A stretch of 64,000 nucleotides of DNA, taken from contig JAFGAS010000077.1 in the NCBI GenBank assembly GCA_016933535.1, positions 1,540 to 65,539 of the forward strand, written 5' to 3'. Origin of the DNA: Candidatus Zymogenaceae bacterium (lineage in GTDB: Bacteria; Desulfobacterota; Zymogenia; Zymogenales; Zymogenaceae). The notes under the pieces were generated by a model. The model had not been told where the DNA came from. It searched no databases and saw nothing but the letters and a program-made list of their open reading frames with translations. Made by a program: the position numbers and the translations under genes. Below, piece after piece: positions 34,958 to 44,235 of this stretch (position 1 is its first letter; each line of letters opens with the position of its first letter).

Positions 34958-36238
34958 TTATTCCCCGATAACATCGTTAAGGACCTGGGCCAGCTGTCCC
35001 GTCAGACGCCTTCTCTCGAATCGGTCCGCCGTTGCCTTATCCGGCACGAGGCCTCCCGCCGCAAGCATTGGAATTGCCCGGGACAGGCCGTCCGCGAGTT
35101 CGCCGGCCCCGTCTTCCGACAGGACTATACCCGCCCCGGCCGATTCAATGATGCGTGCCGTCTCCCCCTGCGGGGCGATAGCCAGGATCGGCCTTCCGGC
35201 GGCGAGGTACTCGAAGAGCTTTCCCGGGACAAGATACGACGCCTTTTCTTCGACCGGCAGCACGATCAGGTTGATGTCCGATTCTGCTATGGCCCTTATT
35301 GCCTCCGCATGGCTCACGTATCCCCAAAAGTCACAATGGTCGGGGAGAAGTCCCCGAATATTCTCCCGGATCTCCCCGTCCATAACCCCCACAAATCGTA
35401 CGACTATGCGCCTTTCCAGGTCCGCGTTGTTCTTAAGGGCCAGGGCCAGGGCCCGAACGAATGTCTCGGGAAAATAACTGCCGTAAAACGACCCGGAATG
35501 GGTGATGACTATTCGATCGGAGGATCTGTGTCTGCGCCCCGGGTTTGGAATAAAATCGGAGGCGTCAAAGCCGTTATAGATCGTCACGAGGCGCTTGGGG
35601 TCGATTCCGAAACCGGTAATATAGTTTTCCCGCGACGACTCGGTATTGCAGATGACCTGGTCGGCTTCCTCCAGAATTTTCCTTTCGCAACAGCTATGGG
35701 CCCTTCTCACCCACCGTGTTGGCGGATCGTAACGGAAGTCTCCCGTCCAGGAATCCCGGAAATCGGCCACCCAGGGCAGTCCCGTCATCCGCTTGAGGAG
35801 GAGCCCCGAAACATGGGTGCTGTGGGGGGGAGAGGTGGTATAGACGGCCCTGATTGCATGCTTTTTTATCATCGCGCGGGCGGCCAGCGCCGCCCTGAGC
35901 GCCCACAGGATGCGGTCGTCCGGGAAAAAGAGGCTATCCATTATTCGGCCTGAGGCGGCTTTCGACGTGATCCGGGAAAGGAGATAATAGAGGGCATGGG
36001 GCCTCAGGGGGGAAAGCCTTTTGACGACGGTGTCGGCGGCAATGTCATCGATCAGGGTATCGTCCCGGGCCCAGTAGGAGGGATCGTCGGCGGCCACGAC
36101 CGCCGGGATCCAGCCGAATCGGGGAAGATACTTGACGAACTTGGCGCTTCGCTGCACCCCACCGCCGCCCATCGGTGGAAAGTTGTAGGCCAAGACGATT
36201 ACATGCCGCGTAGTGCGTTCCTGTCCGGGTAATTGCAT
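34958..36238 (-). CDS. glycosyltransferase family 4-like (first gene of the minus-strand glycan operon)
   Basis: VIVLAYNFPPMGGGGVQRSAKFVKYL N-terminus, C-terminal PGKLFEYLAAGRPILA. Start trimmed to the ATG at 36238. Confidence 0.8.
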   Translation of the reverse strand: MQLPGQERTTRHVIVLAYNFPPMGGGGVQRSAKFVKYLPRFGWIPAVVAADDPSYWARDDTLIDDIAADTVVKRLSPLRPHALYYLLSRITSKAASGRIMDSLFFPDDRILWALRAALAARAMIKKHAIRAVYTTSPPHSTHVSGLLLKRMTGLPWVADFRDSWTGDFRYDPPTRWVRRAHSCCERKILEEADQVICNTESSRENYITGFGIDPKRLVTIYNGFDASDFIPNPGRRHRSSDRIVITHSGSFYGSYFPETFVRALALALKNNADLERRIVVRFVGVMDGEIRENIRGLLPDHCDFWGYVSHAEAIRAIAESDINLIVLPVEEKASYLVPGKLFEYLAAGRPILAIAPQGETARIIESAGAGIVLSEDGAGELADGLSRAIPMLAAGGLVPDKATADRFERRRLTGQLAQVLNDVIGE

Positions 36239-36479
36239 TACACCAAATATTGTGACATAACGCGCGGTAAAAATCAAAGGTAAAAGAAGTCGGCCGCGGT
36301 TGCCACACAGGGGCAGTTTTGGAATACCCGCGGTCAGGAGGCGGTCGACCGCCCGAGCCGGAACCGGGCGATACATCGGTAGACAATGAATGTGAAACGA
36401 TACCTTCCGGGCACGGCCGTCCGGTCCCGTCTTGCCGCCTGTCGGGCCGAGCCATTCTCTCCTTTACGGAGCTACCTCA

Positions 36480-36507
36480 TTGACCTTTACATTATTTCTG
36501 TTATACT
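36480..36507 (+). promoter_or_regulatory. sigma-70-like promoter candidate for the second bEBP gene
   Basis: TTGACC, 16 nt, TATACT, ending 35 nt upstream of the GTG at 36542. Confidence 0.4.
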
Positions 36508-36541
36508 GTATTTATTCAATACCATATCTGAGTAATCGACG

Positions 36542-38731
36542 GTGCCCGAGCCAATTCAAATCCTCTATATAGAGGACAATCCCTGGGATCGACGCCTCAT
36601 ATCCCGTATCCTTTCCGCGGTGCGGTCACCCTCATTTGTCCTGACGACGGCCGAGACCCTCTGTGAAGGGCTCTCCCGCATCCAATCGGACCCGCCCGAT
36701 ATTATCCTGCTGGACCTGAATTTGCCCGACAGCCAGGGGCTCTCGACTCTCTTGGCGGTGGCCGACCGTCTTACCCACGTGCCGATCGTAATCTGCTCGG
36801 CAACCGACGATGAAGATACGGCCGTGCAGGCGTTACAGGGAGGCGCCCAGGATTACCTGACGAAGGGGAAAATTACTTCCGATATCCTGGTGCGCACCAT
36901 TCGATACGCCCTCGAACGCAAACGTATTGAGGACTCGCTTCTGGCCGCCCACGATAATCTCGAACGCCGGGTGCGCGAAAGGACGGCGGACCTGGAGGCG
37001 GCAAACGAGCAGCTGACCGAACAAATCGCCGAACGTTGTCGGATCGAAGAGGCGTTGACGAAATCGGAGCACAAATGGAGGAATCTCTTTGAAACCTCGA
37101 CCGACGCCGTCATTATCGCCTTGAAGGACAAAACCCCCATAGAGATCAACAGGGCGGGATTGGAACTCTTCGGATTTTCCGAGGATGATATTTCGGGACT
37201 CTATCCCGACGCTATCTTTCAAGACCCCAAAGAGTGGCCCCTGTTTAGAGAACAGATCGATCGCCGGGGATCTGTCAAGGACTACGAGGTTGCCCTCCGG
37301 CACAAAAACGGCACCCCGCGGGACTGCCTTATCTCGGCCGGCGCCATCAGGGACAGATCGGGGATCGTGGTCGGCTACCAGGGGATCATCAAAGATGTCA
37401 CCACCCGCCAGCGGTTTATGGAAAAGACCCTCAACAGCGTTACCGACGGCGTATTCATCATCGACGCTACCGGTAAGATCACCTATTTTAACGCCGCGGC
37501 CGAAAGGATCCTCGGTATACCCCGAAAGGACGCCCTGAAACGTCCCTTTACCGAGATCATATACGGACCCGGCAAGAAGACCTCACCCGTGGTCCAACCC
37601 TGCGATACGGGCCTTGAACTCCTGGATCAGGCCGATGAGTTTATCGCGCACGACAAAACCATCGTACCGGTCTCTCTGTGTGTCTCTCACCTGTCTGACA
37701 CGTCCGGAAGGGGAATCGGCTCTGTTGTAACCTTTCGGGACCTCACAACCATTATGGAACTCAAGAAAGAGATCGACGAGAAATATACGTACCTTGATAT
37801 CGTAAGCAAGAATAGAAGGATACGGGAGATTTTCAACATCCTGCCTGCCATCGCCGAGAGCGACAGCACCGTGCTCATCGAGGGAAGGAGCGGCACCGGG
37901 AAGGAGCTTTTCTCCCGGGCAATCCACAATCTCTCGCCCCGAAGAACCGGCCCTTTCGTGGCGGTAAACTGTGCGGCGATACCCGACAGCCTCATCGAAT
38001 CGGAGCTCTTCGGGTACGTGAAGGGTGCCTTTACCGATGCCGTTCGCGATAAGATAGGGAGGTTTGCCGCCGCCGCCACAGGTACAATCCTCCTGGACGA
38101 GATCGGAGAACTTGCGAAACCGCTACAGGTAAAACTAGTCCGCGTTCTCGAACAACGCCAATACGAGCCCCTGGGCTCAACTGTCTCCAGGGATCTGGAC
38201 GTTCGGATTATCTGCAGCACCAACCGGGACCTCGGCATGGAGGTGGGTCTCGGGAATTTTCGTGAGGATCTTTATTACCGCATCAATGTAATAAGAATAG
38301 CCCTCCCCGAGCTCAGGGAGCGGCCCGAGGATATCGCGCTGCTGGCCGCGCACTTCGTCAAGAAGCTGTCCCTCAGAATGGGAAAACCGCCTCAAACCAT
38401 ATCCGATGAGGTGATGGATGTCCTGATAGGCTATGATTTTCCCGGTAATGTTCGGGAACTTGAAAATATCATCGAACGCATGCTTGTCGTTTCCTCGGGC
38501 GGCATTATCAGCAGGCATCATCTTCCTGCGGAGTTGATACAAAAGGATACCGATGATGACGACTATTCCTCGTTCAAGGATGAGATAGAGGGATCAGAGA
38601 AAAAGATGATTCAGGAAGTGCTGAACCGGTACAAGGGAAACCGGGGCCTTGCCGCCAGGGCGCTCAACATCAATCGCACGACCCTCTGGCGAAAGATGCA
38701 GAAACACAATCTGCTTGATACCGAGGAGTAG
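36542..38731 (+). CDS. sigma-54-dependent response regulator with REC, coiled coil, two PAS-like domains, AAA+ and HTH
   Basis: ILYIEDNPWD...IILLDLNLPDSQG (REC), GRSGTGKELFSRAIH, ESELFGYVKGAFTDA (GAFTGA loop with G to D), C-terminal ARALNINRTTLWRKM. Confidence 0.9.
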   Translation: MPEPIQILYIEDNPWDRRLISRILSAVRSPSFVLTTAETLCEGLSRIQSDPPDIILLDLNLPDSQGLSTLLAVADRLTHVPIVICSATDDEDTAVQALQGGAQDYLTKGKITSDILVRTIRYALERKRIEDSLLAAHDNLERRVRERTADLEAANEQLTEQIAERCRIEEALTKSEHKWRNLFETSTDAVIIALKDKTPIEINRAGLELFGFSEDDISGLYPDAIFQDPKEWPLFREQIDRRGSVKDYEVALRHKNGTPRDCLISAGAIRDRSGIVVGYQGIIKDVTTRQRFMEKTLNSVTDGVFIIDATGKITYFNAAAERILGIPRKDALKRPFTEIIYGPGKKTSPVVQPCDTGLELLDQADEFIAHDKTIVPVSLCVSHLSDTSGRGIGSVVTFRDLTTIMELKKEIDEKYTYLDIVSKNRRIREIFNILPAIAESDSTVLIEGRSGTGKELFSRAIHNLSPRRTGPFVAVNCAAIPDSLIESELFGYVKGAFTDAVRDKIGRFAAAATGTILLDEIGELAKPLQVKLVRVLEQRQYEPLGSTVSRDLDVRIICSTNRDLGMEVGLGNFREDLYYRINVIRIALPELRERPEDIALLAAHFVKKLSLRMGKPPQTISDEVMDVLIGYDFPGNVRELENIIERMLVVSSGGIISRHHLPAELIQKDTDDDDYSSFKDEIEGSEKKMIQEVLNRYKGNRGLAARALNINRTTLWRKMQKHNLLDTEE

Positions 38732-38811
38732 TCCTCGCCCCGGCGGATTATGCCAATACCTCGTTTCTCGAACATCCGTGCGGTCAATCGTTTCATTATT
38801 TTCAATCTAGT

Positions 38812-38827
38812 GCAACGATACCGTTGC
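38812..38827. promoter_or_regulatory. perfect palindrome GCAACG-ATAC-CGTTGC (possible UAS)
   Basis: Lies ~260 bp upstream of the sigma-54 element at 39083. Confidence 0.3.
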
Positions 38828-39041
38828 GCAGGTGAACTTTCACGGGAGTTCTATCGTCCCGGCACCACCGATTCGAAGGCTCACTAATATATTAACATTT
38901 TCATAGAGTTAACCGATTTGTCCCCGTGCTGTCCCATATCGGTTGTCCAACCTCTCATAAGCGGGCCTCTTTTTTCCTGAAGTGTTGCATTAATAGGACA
39001 TGAACCCGGCGATTCATTCTCCCTATCGGCCTTCTTTCCGT

Positions 39042-39054
39042 TAACAGATTGATA
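39042..39054 (-). promoter_or_regulatory. IHF-site match (TATCAATCTGTTA against WATCAANNNNTTR)
   Basis: Read on the minus strand. Centred ~35 bp upstream of the -24 element. Confidence 0.3.
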
Positions 39055-39082
39055 TCTTTGAATTTTTTCAATGGCCCATACA

Positions 39083-39098
39083 TGGCACATAATTTGCT
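39083..39098 (+). promoter_or_regulatory. near-consensus sigma-54 promoter of the EPS export / maturase operon
   Basis: TGGCAC-ATAAT-TTGCT, in an AT-rich intergenic island, ~225 nt upstream of 39321. Confidence 0.7.
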
Positions 39099-39320
39099 TA
39101 TATACATATAGGGATAGTAAGAGACCGGACCGGTACGGATAAAGGCTTTGTCGTGCGCAAGGACACGTTACTTCCTGTACTTTAGTACGATGTCTCAAAT
39201 CGTGTGAATCAAAAAAGTTGTTGAATTATATATATTTATGTTATATGTTTAATTAATATGATATCGATCACGCGTTGAAGTCAGCATGCATGTTCATACA
39301 GTGATTGAATAGGTAAGTCA

Positions 39321-40160
39321 ATGTACGAGAAATATTGGGGGCTGAACGAAGCTCCGTTCGAAAACGTTCCCGACCCCTCGTTCCTTTATGAGTCACCTCA
39401 GCATAAAGAGGCCCTCTCGCGGATGCTCTACGGCATATCACGGCGAAAGGGTTGTATCATGCTTTCCGGAGAGGTGGGCAGCGGCAAAACCACCCTGGCC
39501 CGCACCCTGCTCCAGAGCCTCCCCTCCGAAAACTATGAGGTGGCGATCATCGAAAATCCCAGGCTCTCGCCTTCCCTCTTCATCCAGGAAATAATCTACC
39601 AGTTTATCGGAAAGACCGAAGGGAAGAACAAGATAGACCTCCTGCACTCCCTCAACCGTATTCTTTTCAAGAACCTTGCCGAGGAAAAAGACTCGGTCAT
39701 TATTATCGACGAGGCCCAACTCATCGGGGACAAATCAACCTTCGAGGAATTGAGGCTTCTGCTGAACTTTCAGCTGAACAACCGCTTCCTGTTGACCCTT
39801 ATTCTCATGGGACAGCCGGAGTTGAGGGACGTGGTCGGCACGATCCCGCAGTTCGAGCAGCGCATCGCCATCCGCTACCACTTGACGCGCCTCAGCCATG
39901 AAGAGACAGTCAAATATATCGGATTTCGGCTGAAAAGGGCGGGACTTGCCAAGAATGTCTTCACCACCGAGGCGATAGAAAAGATCTACCACTATTCCGA
40001 GGGAATACCGCGCAAGATCAACAATATCTGCGATATGGGTCTTCTCGTGGGCTGGAGCATAAAGGCCTCCTATATCGATACCAAGATCATTGCCAACCTC
40101 ATCGACGAGAACACAGATGGTAAGAATATCAGACATTATCAAGAATCAAGAGCTCATTAA
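39321..40160 (+). CDS. ExeA/GspA-like AAA ATPase (the type found in PEP-CTERM-style EPS loci)
   Basis: APFENVPDPSFLYESPQHKEALSRMLYG, Walker A GEVGSGKTT, Walker B VIIIDEAQ. Confidence 0.9.
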   Translation: MYEKYWGLNEAPFENVPDPSFLYESPQHKEALSRMLYGISRRKGCIMLSGEVGSGKTTLARTLLQSLPSENYEVAIIENPRLSPSLFIQEIIYQFIGKTEGKNKIDLLHSLNRILFKNLAEEKDSVIIIDEAQLIGDKSTFEELRLLLNFQLNNRFLLTLILMGQPELRDVVGTIPQFEQRIAIRYHLTRLSHEETVKYIGFRLKRAGLAKNVFTTEAIEKIYHYSEGIPRKINNICDMGLLVGWSIKASYIDTKIIANLIDENTDGKNIRHYQESRAH

Positions 40161-41160
40161 TAGGCCCAGGGAAAGCGGGCGAGATCGGATATCCATCAGC
40201 GAGGTCCTGACGGCTGAGGATATTATGGGAGAGCGTATATCGCCGGGATTGCGTGCCCCCACCACAATGGAGGAGCAGGAGGCCAAGATCTTTCTCGATA
40301 ATACGCTGACGGCCCTTGAACGCGCGTTTACCATTGTCAAAGAAGGGAAGATCTTTTCTATCGAGCCCTTTGTGATACTGGCGGAAAAATTTGTCAATTC
40401 CGTTGATAAATACGACAACATCTACATGCTCCAGGAATATAAGGACTACGGCGAAACCGATTATCTCAAGAACTGCCTCTGGACCGCGCTGATCTCGGTC
40501 AAGATCGGCAGGCGGTTAGGGTTATCAAAGAAAGAGCTTTGCGAGCTTTTTCTGGCGGCCCTCTTTCACGATATCGGCATTCAGGAGCTCAATAACGGGA
40601 TACTCGGCAAGAAAGGGGAGTTCTCAGCGTCGGAACGTGAACAGATAGAAAAACACCCGGAATACGGCAGGGAGATCCTGCTTGACCTCGGGGAGCCGTA
40701 TCGATACCTCTCGGATACGGCCTCCCAGGAACATGAGCGAATAGACGGCTCGGGCTATCCCAACGCCCTGTCCGGTAACGAAATCTCGCTCTATGCCCGC
40801 ATCGTTGGGCTTGCCGACTCCTACGAGGCGATGACGCATACACGGCCCTATCATCAGCGCGCGCTCCCCCTTATGGCAACCAAGGAAATCGTTGAAAAAA
40901 TGAGGGGAAAATTCGACACCCGGATAGTCAAGGCCTTCCTCGAAGAAGTCACCATGTTCCCGGTGGGAAGTTTCGTACGGCTCAACAACCGGGAGGTTGG
41001 AAGGGTTATCGCGGCGATGAGCAGTGCACACTTTCGCCATGTCGTGCAGATTCTTTTCGGCCCCGACGGTGATCGTCTCATCAAACCCAAAACGATAAAC
41101 CTCATGGAGGCGCACCTCCTGTACATTGCCGAGCCCGTTGATGAAAGAACTCTCAGCTAA
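40117..41160 (+). CDS. HD-GYP domain protein (putative c-di-GMP phosphodiesterase)
   Basis: ALFHDIGI and HERIDGSGYPN motifs. ATG at 40117 overlaps the upstream gene by 44 nt. Confidence 0.85.
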   Translation: MVRISDIIKNQELINRPRESGRDRISISEVLTAEDIMGERISPGLRAPTTMEEQEAKIFLDNTLTALERAFTIVKEGKIFSIEPFVILAEKFVNSVDKYDNIYMLQEYKDYGETDYLKNCLWTALISVKIGRRLGLSKKELCELFLAALFHDIGIQELNNGILGKKGEFSASEREQIEKHPEYGREILLDLGEPYRYLSDTASQEHERIDGSGYPNALSGNEISLYARIVGLADSYEAMTHTRPYHQRALPLMATKEIVEKMRGKFDTRIVKAFLEEVTMFPVGSFVRLNNREVGRVIAAMSSAHFRHVVQILFGPDGDRLIKPKTINLMEAHLLYIAEPVDERTLS

Positions 41161-41170
41161 AAGGGATGAC

Positions 41171-41854
41171 ATGAAAAGGAACATACTCATCACAGTCCTT
41201 ATCTGCTCGGCGCTGGCGGTTCTTTCCTGTGCCACGGGCTCAAGCATCGATGCCGATACGCTCCCGTCGGCACCGGGGGATGCCGTCCTCTATCAGCATA
41301 AGATTGTCCCCGGCGATACCATTTATATCACCGTCTGGGAGGTGGATCAGCCCAAGGAATTTACGGCCCAGGTAAAGAATAACGGCACGATAGACCTTAT
41401 GTTCATGACCGACCTCAAGGTTATAGGACTTACTGAAGATCAATTGAATGAGTACCTGGTCAAGGAAATCTCTACCTATTACGTAAATCCGAGAGTTTCG
41501 GTCTCGCTTTCGACTTTCATCTATCTCCTCGGCGAAGTGAGAAATCCCGGAGTATACGACTTTGAAAAGGGCCAGACGCTGATCTCCGTGCTCGCGGTTG
41601 CCGGCGGACCGACCAGGGCCGCAAAACTTCGTAATACCCTGATTATCCGCGGTGATTACCACGACAATCCCACGGTTATCGTTTCGGACGCCTCTCGAAT
41701 ATTCCGTAAGGGCGACCTCTCGGAAAACGTCATACTCCAATCGGGCGACATCATTTACGTGCCGTCCACGTTGATATCCGACGTCAATTACTACATTACG
41801 CAGATCAAGCCGATCCTGGACTTTTTTATGTTAAGTACATTGCTTGGCCTTTAG
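41171..41854 (+). CDS. outer-membrane polysaccharide export lipoprotein (Wza/OPX-like)
   Basis: Lipobox AVLSC, Poly_export-like PGDTIYITVWE, and a later SLBB-like QSGDIIYVP. Confidence 0.85.
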   Translation: MKRNILITVLICSALAVLSCATGSSIDADTLPSAPGDAVLYQHKIVPGDTIYITVWEVDQPKEFTAQVKNNGTIDLMFMTDLKVIGLTEDQLNEYLVKEISTYYVNPRVSVSLSTFIYLLGEVRNPGVYDFEKGQTLISVLAVAGGPTRAAKLRNTLIIRGDYHDNPTVIVSDASRIFRKGDLSENVILQSGDIIYVPSTLISDVNYYITQIKPILDFFMLSTLLGL

Positions 41855-41960
41855 GGCCGCCCATCGGACGGATTATCCCTGTCCGATATGCCCGGCACCC
41901 GGCCGCGACAATTCGGATGGGAGAAGACCGACGTTATTAAACCGCATGTGAGGCTGCAAT

Positions 41961-44219
41961 ATGCCCCAGTATGAGATACAACTCAAGGACCTCATCCGCA
42001 TTCTGAGACGGCGTAGAAATATCATCTTCTTTTCGATGATCGTTCTCGGTGTGTTGAGCATTGTCTTCGCCAAGCTACAGTCCCCAAGCCTCCTCTACCA
42101 GGCGATCGCCAAGGTAAATTACGACCAGACCAGGTCACTTGCGGGGATAACGTCGCCGGTATACTATTTCTCGCCATACGATAACATCAACTCGCAGACA
42201 AAGATTATCACGAGCTTTCCCGTCCTCGAGAAAGCCGCTAAGAAACTCGGGTATCTCAACAAGAAACTCTCGTCTTCGGAAATTCTCAAGTCCAAGGAAC
42301 ACATGGCCGTCATTTTGGGCTTGGAGGGCCAGATCAGGTGTGAGATCGAAGAGAACACCAACATCATCAACATCAAGGTTACCTCCATCGATCCGGCAAT
42401 GGCCTCCGACATCGCCAACGCGGTGGCCGAAGGCTACCGTGATTACAACCGTGAGCAAATCAATAAGCGGACGATCGACACCAAGGACTTCATCGAAAAG
42501 CAGCTCAACCTGGTCGGCGGACGCCTTAACGATGCCGAAGAGAACCTTAAGAATTTCCAGCAAAACCGGAACATCGTCGCCCTGGACGCCCAGGCCAGCA
42601 ATGACCTGAACTCATTGGCCGACCTCGAAACCGAGTACGAAAAGCTCAACCGTGAGAACAACGACCTCTCAGCCTTCAAGAGGAGGCTCTCATCCAAGAC
42701 CATAAGCGGAGGCGAGATCTTCCCCATCCTGGAGGAAGATATCTACAGCAATCTCTTCAAATTAAACACGGAACTCCAGAAGCTTCTCCTGGAACGCGAC
42801 GAACTTATGACGGTCTATACGGTCAATCATCCCAAGATCATTGACCTTAATGACAAGATTAATAATGTCCTTAACCTGATCACCGTCGACATCACTTCAC
42901 GAATCTCCTCCAACGGGGTCAGGATGGCCAACCTGAACAAGGATATCACTATCTATAAAGAACGGGGCGCCGAATACCCCGCCGACAACCTGAGTCTGGC
43001 CAAGTACGAGCGGGAGGTAAAGCTCCAGAGCGACCTCTATGCCGAGCTTTCCTCAAAGTACCAGGAAATTCTCATCCAGGAATCGGGGATGGTGGTGGAG
43101 GTAGGTATCGTGGCGCCGGCCCTTGTGCCGGGGGCCCCGATCAATCCGCCCAAGATATTCTCGTCTCTTTTTATCGGCATGCTGCTTGGGCTCTTCCTGG
43201 GCATCTTCTTTGCCATCGTCATGGAGAACCTCGATACTTCCATCGGCACTATCGAGGACGTCGAGAGCTACCTGGAAATTCCCGTTCTCGGGGTAATCCC
43301 TTCGATCACGGTGATGACCGAACAAAAGGGAGAGGAACCCGACGTTGAACACCACAGGGCTTCCTTATTGACCATCAGCATGGACCCCAAGTCACCGGTA
43401 ATCGAGGCCTATCGATCACTGCGCACCAATCTCATCTTCCTCCATCAGGAGAAGGGTATCAAAACCTTCATGGTTACCAGTTCCTCGCTACAGGAAGGTA
43501 AAACCATAAATTGTATCAACATTGCCGTCACGCTGGCCCTCGGCGGTTATCGAACGCTGCTGGTGGAGGCTGATCTCCGACGCGCAACGATCGCCAAGAC
43601 TTTCGGGATCGAGCGCTCTCCGGGCCTCTCGGAGGTGATCCTCGGAATCGTCCCCTGGCGGGAGGTTACCAGAGATATCAACGATATCCTTCTGGGCGGC
43701 CTGGAGATGGACACCCTCATAAAGTCCCCGGAGCTGGCAAATCTCTCCATTATCACCTCCGGCGCTTTTCCGACCAACCCATCGGAGCTCTTGAGCTCTC
43801 AACAAATGGCGAAGTTTATCGAGGAGGTAAAGGCCGAGTATGACCTTGTGATCTTCGATACGACTCCGGTGCTGCCGGTCACCGATGCGGTGCTCTTATC
43901 ACAGAAAATCGAGGGAGTGATCATCCTTTACGAGGTGGGCAAGATCGCCCGGGGCGTGCTCAAGCGGACGAAATCCCACCTTGACTCGGTTAAGGCAAAC
44001 ATCCTCGGGATTATCCTGAATAATGTTAGGCCGGAGTACGGACCCGAATACTACGACTATCACTATCAATATTACTACGAAGAAGGGAAACCGCCGAGAC
44101 GGGTCTCCGATTGGGAGAGGTTCAAGGAGTCCTTCTCTCCCCAGCATATTTCCCGCACCATAGCGGATATACTTGCGACGCTGGCCCGACCGTTTAGAAA
44201 AAAAGAAGAAAAGAAATGA
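41961..44219 (+). CDS. polysaccharide co-polymerase / BY-tyrosine autokinase (Wzc/GumC-like)
   Basis: N-terminal Wzz TM, coiled coils, a second TM, then SSSLQEGKT (Walker A), VEADLRR (A'), VIFDTTPV (B) and a Tyr cluster YGPEYYDYHYQYYYEE. Confidence 0.9.
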   Translation: MPQYEIQLKDLIRILRRRRNIIFFSMIVLGVLSIVFAKLQSPSLLYQAIAKVNYDQTRSLAGITSPVYYFSPYDNINSQTKIITSFPVLEKAAKKLGYLNKKLSSSEILKSKEHMAVILGLEGQIRCEIEENTNIINIKVTSIDPAMASDIANAVAEGYRDYNREQINKRTIDTKDFIEKQLNLVGGRLNDAEENLKNFQQNRNIVALDAQASNDLNSLADLETEYEKLNRENNDLSAFKRRLSSKTISGGEIFPILEEDIYSNLFKLNTELQKLLLERDELMTVYTVNHPKIIDLNDKINNVLNLITVDITSRISSNGVRMANLNKDITIYKERGAEYPADNLSLAKYEREVKLQSDLYAELSSKYQEILIQESGMVVEVGIVAPALVPGAPINPPKIFSSLFIGMLLGLFLGIFFAIVMENLDTSIGTIEDVESYLEIPVLGVIPSITVMTEQKGEEPDVEHHRASLLTISMDPKSPVIEAYRSLRTNLIFLHQEKGIKTFMVTSSSLQEGKTINCINIAVTLALGGYRTLLVEADLRRATIAKTFGIERSPGLSEVILGIVPWREVTRDINDILLGGLEMDTLIKSPELANLSIITSGAFPTNPSELLSSQQMAKFIEEVKAEYDLVIFDTTPVLPVTDAVLLSQKIEGVIILYEVGKIARGVLKRTKSHLDSVKANILGIILNNVRPEYGPEYYDYHYQYYYEEGKPPRRVSDWERFKESFSPQHISRTIADILATLARPFRKKEEKK

Positions 44220-44235
44220 GCGACGGGCATTTATC

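Noticed and set aside
38884-39198. 104-aa minus-strand ORF in the AT-rich island
   Set aside because: It has no RBS and a random-looking composition, and it overlaps the sigma-54 promoter, the IHF match and the leader on the other strand. This is the region where long ORFs arise by chance least convincingly.
39100-39320. c-di-GMP riboswitch in the leader of the EPS export operon
   Set aside because: I could not align the GEMM-I or GEMM-II conserved cores by eye. It is left as an open check.
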